DNA of 64,000 nt from an alpha proteobacterium SCGC AAA536-G10. Lineage in GTDB: Bacteria; Pseudomonadota; Alphaproteobacteria; Puniceispirillales; Marisalimonadaceae. Every line of letters begins with the position of its first letter. Within the stretch, counting starts at the first letter, position 1. The position numbers and the translations under genes are program-made. Shown one piece after another: positions 58,107-64,000 of the stretch. The stretch is from assembly GCA_905182395.1 (NCBI GenBank), contig CAJJBL010000022.1:281-64280 (forward strand). Reading direction: 5' to 3'. A model generated the notes under the pieces. The model was given only the letters and a program-made list of their open reading frames with translations, searched no databases and was not told the origin of the DNA.

Positions 58107-58649
58107 TTACTCAATAAACTCTATTTCTTGAATATACAATTCTGCTAAATGATCTCTTCCAAAAGCAACTAAACCTATTGATGTAATATTTTGAGGATTA
58201 ATTGTTTTAGATAAAAAGGAACCTGATCTCTTAAATTCTCTAATTGGTAGCTTTATTTCCTTATAATCTTCCTCAACATTGAAATCTAATTGATAATATT
58301 GCCATGGGAAAAATGTTCCGGTTGTTCTTATATGTACAAAATATTTTTGATTATTGCCTTTAGCAATTACTTTAATAAATTGAGATTTACTTAAATTAAT
58401 ATCATTAAGTTTTCTACGAATTTGAATAAATCCACCATTATTTTTTGTGGAAACCTTACCAGAAATATAGGCAAAGTTTTTATTATCTTTAGAATTAAAA
58501 AAAACTTTACCTGATGAAATTCCACCCATCACCTTATCAGAAACAAAAGACCATTTTTCTGGATTTTGAAAATTATCTTTTAAAATTGTGTCAGAATAAG
58601 ATTGAGTGATCATAACTAATAAAAAAACTGTTGTTGTGAGAATGTACAT
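58107..58649 (-). CDS. secreted CIA30-domain protein (complex I intermediate-associated protein 30 family)
   Basis: Signal peptide, then WSFVSDKVMGGISSGKV...STKNNGGFIQIRR, the CIA30 signature. Confidence 0.6.
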   Translation of the reverse strand: MYILTTTVFLLVMITQSYSDTILKDNFQNPEKWSFVSDKVMGGISSGKVFFNSKDNKNFAYISGKVSTKNNGGFIQIRRKLNDINLSKSQFIKVIAKGNNQKYFVHIRTTGTFFPWQYYQLDFNVEEDYKEIKLPIREFKRSGSFLSKTINPQNITSIGLVAFGRDHLAELYIQEIEFIE

Positions 58650-58712
58650 TCTATATTAATTAACTAAAATTTAATAATTATCAAATAAAATTATTTTCTT
58701 AATAGGTTATAG

Positions 58713-58910
58713 ATGAGCAATTGGAAAACAGATTTTGAAGTTAAGTTCCATTTACACTTTGAACATCATAATGGAAGACAAGAAAAAAAATATAATTCTT
58801 TAATTGTAGAAGCAGAATCTGAAGAAAAAGCAAAAGAAATAGTTTTTTATCAATATGAAAATAGTAGTTTTTTAGTAATTGATGAAGTTAAAAAATTATG
58901 GAAATACTGA
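58713..58910 (+). CDS. hypothetical protein
   Basis: 65-aa ORF. Its stop is immediately followed by junction element copy 13. Confidence 0.35.
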   Translation: MSNWKTDFEVKFHLHFEHHNGRQEKKYNSLIVEAESEEKAKEIVFYQYENSSFLVIDEVKKLWKY

Positions 58911-58986
58911 TTTATAAATCCTAATAGTATCTATGGTGCAATATCAATTTCTCTTTAGCTTATATTATTTTGGTTAAACTTTAATA
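58911..58986 (+). repeat. junction element copy 13 (full but diverged; 15-nt promoter spacer)
   Basis: TTTATAAATCCTAATAGTATCTATGGTGCAATATCAATTTCTCTTTAGC-15 nt-TAAACT. Confidence 0.65.
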
Positions 58987-59015
58987 AGTTTATTTATAAT
59001 ATTTTATTGATTTTA

Positions 59016-59561
59016 CTAATTTGAACGAATACCCCATTTCTGATATTTTATAAGCGCATCACTACAAAATTGAAATGAAAGATTTCTAATAAGATGCAAA
59101 GGTGAACCTCCCCTACCTTTTCTGGATTCTCCTTGAGAAACTGTCAGGCATAATTTTTTATTTTCAATCAGACTGACACTACCATTACTCAAAAATATAA
59201 ATTTCTGAGCATCTCCTAAATTACAATTCTTTAAAGATAAACTTCCGGGCATGACAACGGATAAAACTTCCATACAGACGTTGAATCCAGAAAGAAAAAA
59301 CTCATTATTCATTATTCTTTTTCTATCAAAACTTTGATCTATTGCGATACTTCCTTCATACGAATAACAGGTATGAGCCTGAACCCCTCTATTAGTTTTT
59401 GCTCGTGATTTATAACCTTTTATATCAATACAATAACCTCTTTGGTCATCAATTTGATTGATCAGGTAAACTTCTACTAATTCACCAACAGTTTCACTTC
59501 TTACAATATTTGGTAAAATAAATATCAAAGCGGTTAATAATATGAGTAAGTTTTTTTTCAT
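59016..59561 (-). CDS. hypothetical secreted Cys-containing protein
   Basis: Signal peptide MKKNLLILLTALIFILPNIVRSE and several Cys pairs. No confident family. Confidence 0.45.
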   Translation of the reverse strand: MKKNLLILLTALIFILPNIVRSETVGELVEVYLINQIDDQRGYCIDIKGYKSRAKTNRGVQAHTCYSYEGSIAIDQSFDRKRIMNNEFFLSGFNVCMEVLSVVMPGSLSLKNCNLGDAQKFIFLSNGSVSLIENKKLCLTVSQGESRKGRGGSPLHLIRNLSFQFCSDALIKYQKWGIRSN

Positions 59562-59838
59562 TATTCATTCTCTCTCAAATGATTTTTTCTAATGTATAAG
59601 AGGTTTACTAAAGGTGCTAATAACCAAAGTATTGCCGAACCCCATAAGATTAAACTTTCTGGAAAACTATGACTAATGAAGTATCCAAAAAATAATAATA
59701 TAAGAAGGACATTTAGTACGATTGTAATATTCTTTAAAGTAATATTAATATCCTATTACAATTTTTATACAAACTACCTCACAATCAAAATCTGATAAAC
59801 TTTTATTTGAACCTATTTAGTAAAATATTAGAATAAAA

Positions 59839-60390
59839 CTATGAAAAGTTTACTGATACAATTAAAGATGAATTGTTATTAATAGGACTGTTGACATCTT
59901 TACTAACACGATGAAAGTTGATGTTATTATTTGCATTACTATTGAGTATATCTTCACCATCTAGATAACGAGATATTTCAATATCTTCTAATAAGACTGG
60001 TTGTCGATGATGAATATGATTGATCGCATCTATTGAACTGCGAGTAAGTATCAGACAACCAATTTCATTATAAAGACCTGCAAAAATATGTGATGAACAA
60101 TAGTGATAGTAAGGAATTTTTTCTTTATCTTTTCTTTGCCATTCATACCAGCCATTATGAAATATTACACATCGTTTAGTATTCCTAAAGGAAGTTTTCT
60201 CATACATTGTTTCAGAACGACAGTTTATAAGATTCATGTTTTTCTTCCAGGAGGGTGCATATGACCATTTCATCAAACATACATTATCTTTAGTTTTAAC
60301 CGGAATCAATTGTGAAGGTGCCACGTTATACGATGACTCATACTTAAGACCAAACATATCGTTAGAGGAAATTACAAACCGACCACACAT
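59839..60390 (-). CDS. SOS-response-associated peptidase (SRAP/YedK, HMCES-like abasic-site sensor)
   Basis: MCGRF N-terminus (the catalytic Cys2 requires a start at the Met at 60390, not 60408); YNVAPSQ, WYEW and HHRQPV motifs. Confidence 0.8.
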   Translation of the reverse strand: MCGRFVISSNDMFGLKYESSYNVAPSQLIPVKTKDNVCLMKWSYAPSWKKNMNLINCRSETMYEKTSFRNTKRCVIFHNGWYEWQRKDKEKIPYYHYCSSHIFAGLYNEIGCLILTRSSIDAINHIHHRQPVLLEDIEISRYLDGEDILNSNANNNINFHRVSKDVNSPINNNSSLIVSVNFS

Positions 60391-60427
60391 AACAATATAA
60401 TAACTCACTCCCCTTAAAACAGATAGA

Positions 60428-60519
60428 TAAAAACTAATCTATAAATGCAATAAGTATCAAGAGCAATATATCAATTACTCTTAACCTTTCTAATCTATTT
60501 TGATTACACTATAAGTATG
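60428..60519 (+). repeat. junction element copy 14 (full) lying between two minus-strand genes
   Basis: TAAAAACTAATCTATAAATGCAATAAGTATCAAGAGCAATATATCAATTACTCTTAACC-18 nt-TACACT-ATAAGT-ATG. The ATG at 60517 opens only a 23-codon ORF antisense to the 3' end of the 560-aa gene. Confidence 0.8.
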
Positions 60520-60531
60520 AAGAAACCTTTT

Positions 60532-62214
60532 TTAATAAAAGAATCTTCTTTTAACAGTTGTTTGTTGTCTGACACTACTTCCATTTAAATTTGGGAAAAT
60601 AAATTGATCTGCTGATAATCTAAACATATATCTATTGTTTATTGTTATTGGTGTTAAATCCATTCTTATTGAATGTTTTTTATCTAACGCATATTCTTTT
60701 TTGTTTTGTTCTTTTAACATATCTGAAACGTAAGGTATAAATTTGTATAACAAATCTGATTGTCCTGCTTTTAATATGTATCCAATTTTTTTTGAATTTT
60801 TATTGCAGTATTTTTTTGCACTCATATAGAAGTAATCAAACACTCCGTCTAAATTGATAAATTGAGTAATATCTTTAATAGGATATTTTTGATCATTTAC
60901 TGCTTTTTTTCTAAAACCATCCACAAATTTGAAACAAGATTGCATTGCAAATATATCAACTACATTTAAAAATCGATAGTCTGCAAGAATAACATTTTGA
61001 GGAGTTGCAATGATTTCTTCTTTACTCATTGAACTAGTTGCAAATAAAATTTTATCTTTCTTTACTTTGAATTCACCAATACAAGTATAAAACTCATCAA
61101 AGAAAGTTGGGTTTTCCATTTGCCCTTTAGTCAACCATTTATCTTCTAAAATTTTTTCTGCTTCATCATCTTGTACCTTACAATATTTTTTAATAATAAA
61201 AGATGAAATGAACCAACCTAAACGAACTGCAGTAAATTTAGATAATGAGTATGAAAAACTATTCCCTGCTTGATAAATTAGACTATATTGATTGTCTAAT
61301 GTTATCCCTTTTCTTATTGGTTCTCCTTTAGGAACTTTAAATGAACGATAAACTGTCAGATATTCATCATCTCCAACATTATTAAAAATAGTTTTAGTCC
61401 AAAAATCAGTTATTGGAAATTTGCTTGATTTATCTACAAGAGAATCTTTAAACTCACCATTATTCATTGAACTATTTAAGGTTTCATTTAATTGTAATCT
61501 TTCTTCAAATGGAATATCTAATCTTCCATAACGAGCAAAAGTTTTGTCTGTAAAGTATTTACTTTGAATTGTAAAAATCCATTCAAATATGTGCCAGAAC
61601 ATTCTATTGTCAGTAATTAAATGTTCAAGTTCCTCAAACCATTTAAAAATATATAATGGCATTTCTAATGTTTCATTTGCGTCCATTTTATGTGTATGAA
61701 TATTCCATCTATATTTTGAAAATAAAAAAAACAAACAAGTATCAATATAACTCAGAGTTACTTCACCATCTTCAACGCCTGTATTACTTCCATGATGTAT
61801 TTCTAATGGGTTAAGGTAACCAAAAGATTTTAAAAACCATTCCATCATTTCTTTTGAAGTATTAGTTTTTTTTATGTTTTGATCAAATTCATTTATTGGA
61901 ACGTATTGAAAAAAGTATTTTATATTAAAAAAAGGAGTTCCATCTTTATTAGTTTTTTTCCAAACTTGTTTTTCTTGTTCTTTTATTTTATCAAGTTTTA
62001 TTTTTTTCTCTAATTCTTTTGCTTTAAATGCGTCTCGTTTTTCCCATTTTGTACGAATAGGTTCTTCAAGTTTCCAAACAACTGAATCATACAAAGATGG
62101 AAAATTATTTTTAATTGCTTTTTTTTCTTCATAGTTTTTTTTACCAAGAGAAATTTTTTTTATTATTTCAATTGCTTCTTTATTATCCATTTTTAGAATA
62201 TTCCATATTGACAT
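60532..62214 (-). CDS. large orphan protein (560 aa)
   Basis: Long uninterrupted ORF, the largest in the island. N-terminal Lys/Glu-rich coiled-coil region. No family recognised by eye. Confidence 0.55.
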   Translation of the reverse strand: MSIWNILKMDNKEAIEIIKKISLGKKNYEEKKAIKNNFPSLYDSVVWKLEEPIRTKWEKRDAFKAKELEKKIKLDKIKEQEKQVWKKTNKDGTPFFNIKYFFQYVPINEFDQNIKKTNTSKEMMEWFLKSFGYLNPLEIHHGSNTGVEDGEVTLSYIDTCLFFLFSKYRWNIHTHKMDANETLEMPLYIFKWFEELEHLITDNRMFWHIFEWIFTIQSKYFTDKTFARYGRLDIPFEERLQLNETLNSSMNNGEFKDSLVDKSSKFPITDFWTKTIFNNVGDDEYLTVYRSFKVPKGEPIRKGITLDNQYSLIYQAGNSFSYSLSKFTAVRLGWFISSFIIKKYCKVQDDEAEKILEDKWLTKGQMENPTFFDEFYTCIGEFKVKKDKILFATSSMSKEEIIATPQNVILADYRFLNVVDIFAMQSCFKFVDGFRKKAVNDQKYPIKDITQFINLDGVFDYFYMSAKKYCNKNSKKIGYILKAGQSDLLYKFIPYVSDMLKEQNKKEYALDKKHSIRMDLTPITINNRYMFRLSADQFIFPNLNGSSVRQQTTVKRRFFY

Positions 62215-62537
62215 TAAAGATAAAAAATATTTCTAGCAATCTTTACAACTTCTATATTTTTTTCTCTTTTATTTTTACTTTGTGTTTTGCTAATGATGAT
62301 CTATATCAAAAAAATAAAATTAATAATTATAAAAAAAAGTTAATTAATAAAAATCTTTTAATTAATACGACTGGAATATATGAGGAATACCTTAATAAAA
62401 GTTCTGTTGATTTATTTTTAATTGTAATAACAAACCAAAAAAATAAAAATTAATCTATTATAAAGATAATTACAAAAAACCAATCTATCCTATTTGTTCT
62501 ATTACATTGCAACGTTGGTTTCAAATAATTTCTGCTC

Positions 62538-62575
62538 TATATAAACCTAATATCGTTATTTTGATAAACTCTTAG
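62538..62575 (+). repeat. possible last, fragmentary junction element copy
   Basis: TATATAAACCTAATATCGTTATTTTGATAAACTCTTAG resembles the fused ends of the element (..CTATAAAC..ATTTTGATTAAACTATGAG). Confidence 0.35.
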
Positions 62576-62618
62576 TTATTTGTTAAACATCATTAATGTT
62601 TAAATATTTTAATTTAAG

Positions 62619-63083
62619 TTAATATAACCAACTTTTAAGTTCTTCGTTTTCTAGATTAAATTTCTCTAACAACCTTTTAACTACATCACCAATAGAAACA
62701 ATTCCTATCAATAAATCTTTTTCTAATATTGGGATATGTCTAATTTTATTAATTGTCATTATCTTCATTAACTCATTGGATTGAATATTTGTATTACAAG
62801 TTATAACTTTATAAGTCATGATAGAGTTAATAAACATTTGGGAAAAATCTATTTTTTTATTTTCAGACATTTTATGAATAATATCTCTTTCTGAAATAAT
62901 CCCGCATAATTTCATTTTATTATTTATTACTGGCAAAGCTCCTATTTTATTTTCAGATAATAATTTTATAGCATCATAAACAGTTTGATTTTCATTAATT
63001 GAAATAACTTTTCTTGTTAAAATTTTTGATATTAAGTTGTTTTCATTCTCTGAAGTCATTACTTCCTCCAATAAAATATACAT
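62619..63083 (-). CDS. CBS-domain pair protein
   Basis: Two CBS repeats (..IGALPVINNKMKLCGIISERDII.. and ..IRHIPILEKDLLIGIVSIGDVVK..). Start possibly at the Met at 63059. Confidence 0.75.
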   Translation of the reverse strand: MYILLEEVMTSENENNLISKILTRKVISINENQTVYDAIKLLSENKIGALPVINNKMKLCGIISERDIIHKMSENKKIDFSQMFINSIMTYKVITCNTNIQSNELMKIMTINKIRHIPILEKDLLIGIVSIGDVVKRLLEKFNLENEELKSWLY

Positions 63084-63232
63084 TATTAGTAAACAAATAT
63101 GTCAATTTTACTGCAATTAGATAACTAATCAGAATAATTTACAACACATCTTAAATATTTAACGATCCACAACTATTATGGTTACAAAAGATTTTGATAG
63201 AAAATTCTATTAAAAAGAAATAAATTCAAAAT

Positions 63233-63865
63233 ATGAAACTGATAATTGCCACCCCTAGTCCATTCGCTCGAAAAGCAAGAGTAGCTTTGCTTGAAAAGAA
63301 AATAGATTTTGAAGAAATTGTAGATGTTCCTTGGAATCAAAACACATTAACTAAGGGTATAAATCCCCTAGGAAAGATACCAGTTCTTATTCAAGATAAT
63401 CATGAGCCTTTATTCGACAGTAAATTAATCGTCCAATACTTAGATTGCTATAAACCACACCCTCTAATGTATCCTGAAAATCCTGAGGAAAATATCTCAG
63501 CACGGTTAATTGAAACTGTTGCGGATGGGGTATGCGATGCAATAGTTCTAGTATTTCTTGAAAATGCAAGAAAAGAGATGTTAAGGAGCAAAGACTGGAT
63601 TAAAAGACAAGAGAGAAAAATATTTGAAGGTGTAAAATATCTTTCTTATCATCTTAAAGGCAAAAATTATTTTGTAGGAAGCTCTTTTAATATTGCAGAT
63701 ATCTGTGGATATTCCTGTTTAGAATATATAGATCTTAGATTTCCTAAGTTTGAATGGAGAAGTGATTTTCCAAATTTAGAAAAATATTGGATTTTTCATA
63801 AAGATAGGCAATCATTGAAAAAAACAAAGCCAATAGCTCAGATCATAGAACCTTTAGAAGATTAA
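63233..63865 (+). CDS. glutathione S-transferase family protein
   Basis: 210 aa. N-terminal thioredoxin-like domain (SPFARKARVALLEKKIDFE...GKIPVL) and a helical C-terminal domain. Confidence 0.8.
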   Translation: MKLIIATPSPFARKARVALLEKKIDFEEIVDVPWNQNTLTKGINPLGKIPVLIQDNHEPLFDSKLIVQYLDCYKPHPLMYPENPEENISARLIETVADGVCDAIVLVFLENARKEMLRSKDWIKRQERKIFEGVKYLSYHLKGKNYFVGSSFNIADICGYSCLEYIDLRFPKFEWRSDFPNLEKYWIFHKDRQSLKKTKPIAQIIEPLED

Positions 63866-64000
63866 AAAAATTTATAAAATTAAATCTAAATTGCTTTAAG
63901 TTTATAATATTTAAGTATATTTTATGTACTATTCTATATTACTTTAATGTGTTGTAATGTAGTTCTAAAATTAAACTGTAATAATTAAAATAATAACGGA

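Larger units (their letters stand above)
51763..62580 (+). mobile_element. island 2 (older tandem integration without integrase; right boundary uncertain)
   Basis: Starts at the pseudo-tRNA and repeats the post-integrase module of island 1 (51783-52457 versus 42478-43399). Carries 8 further junction-element copies. Core-looking genes (CBS, GST) resume after about 62.6 kb. No convincing third att copy. Confidence 0.45.

Noticed and set aside
45707-60519. The 5' end of the element (AAAACTAAT) is the plain complement, without reversal, of its 3' TTTTGATTA. At first glance this looked like terminal inverted repeats.
   Set aside because: A complement without reversal cannot base-pair and is not a TIR. 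The true reverse complements do not match, so a MITE or transposon-end interpretation is unsupported.
62115-62453. 112-aa + strand ORF upstream of the 560-aa gene.
   Set aside because: It overlaps the 5' end of the 560-aa gene in antisense and then runs through an extremely AT-rich, low-complexity promoter region (FFLLFQLLLYY.., KKLINKNLLINT). It is most likely non-coding.
62515-62540. Possible third, highly eroded copy of the tRNA 3' end (GGTTTCAAATAATTTCTGCTCT versus GGAGTTAGAATTTTCTCTAACGC), which would mark the right end of island 2.
   Set aside because: The similarity is too weak and gapped to distinguish from chance in AT-rich sequence. The right boundary of island 2 is left undefined.
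45707-62575. Possibility that the repeated intergenic element is a CRISPR array or a classical integron attC series.
   Set aside because: The repeat is about 90 nt, the inter-repeat units are 0.5-2.7 kb of coding DNA, and I recognise no cas genes, so it is not a CRISPR. I could find no attC-like imperfect palindrome with GTTRRRY-type core sites, no IntI-type integrase divergent from an attI, and the cassettes carry their own promoter-like module, so it is not a classical integron. It is kept as a novel-type cassette array in the findings.
553-63569. Many 60-140-aa ORFs in the six-frame track lie antisense to, or out of frame within, well-supported genes. They are 553-858, 2251-2448, 6009-6239, 6800-7045, 8790-8993, 9730-10041, 15850-16068, 18346-18624, 19652-19843, 22794-23213, 25396-25620, 26256-26486, 29246-29431, 30358-30651, 33947-34189, 34214-34465, 34521-34709, 35407-35595, 36549-36776, 36773-37000, 36831-37022, 40599-40895, 41616-41804, 45478-45732, 45979-46170, 56646-56837, 57311-57553 and 63387-63569.
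   Set aside because: Each is fully contained in a longer ORF on the other strand or frame that has recognisable family motifs or better context. Their translations are low-complexity (Ile/Ser/Phe/Lys-rich), as expected for shadow frames in AT-rich DNA.

Overview
AT-rich (roughly 28-30% GC by eye), very gene-dense alphaproteobacterial chromosome segment. It is most consistent with a streamlined marine SAR11/Pelagibacterales-like genome; this is an inference from composition, tiny intergenic spacers, gene set and synteny (hemC-hemD-hemX/Mic60-like-hemY-like; rpmH-rnpA-yidD-yidC-engB-argB; SRP RNA-dnaX-recR). Positions 1-41,035 are core. They hold a DctPQM TRAP transporter, a small sugar-acid-like catabolic cluster (uronate dehydrogenase-like SDR, DapA/KdgD-family lyase, esterase, PhyH dioxygenase, transporters) and haem, tRNA-modification, lysine, arginine, LPS/glycan and translation genes. 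They also hold an SRP RNA that the ORF track overprints, an rpmH below the ORF cut-off and a decayed EVE-domain gene. From tRNA-Arg(ACG) at 41,036 to about 62,600 the window is a hypervariable island. It begins with a frameshifted tyrosine integrase and a module of tiny zinc-ribbon genes. A degenerate second copy of the tRNA at 51,701-51,762 marks two tandem integrations. The most unusual feature is about 15 same-strand copies of a ~90-nt junction element between 45.7 and 62.6 kb, which cut the island into 0.5-2.7 kb gene cassettes. The 3' half of this element has a fixed-geometry promoter-like -35/18 nt/-10 followed 6 nt later by an ATG, so it looks like a leaderless expression module. Partial copies break at the same internal point. 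The array is not a CRISPR, a classical integron or a MITE family. I propose it as a candidate cassette-accretion or cassette-shuffling system. All calls come from reading the sequence and ORF translations by eye; no database search was run.
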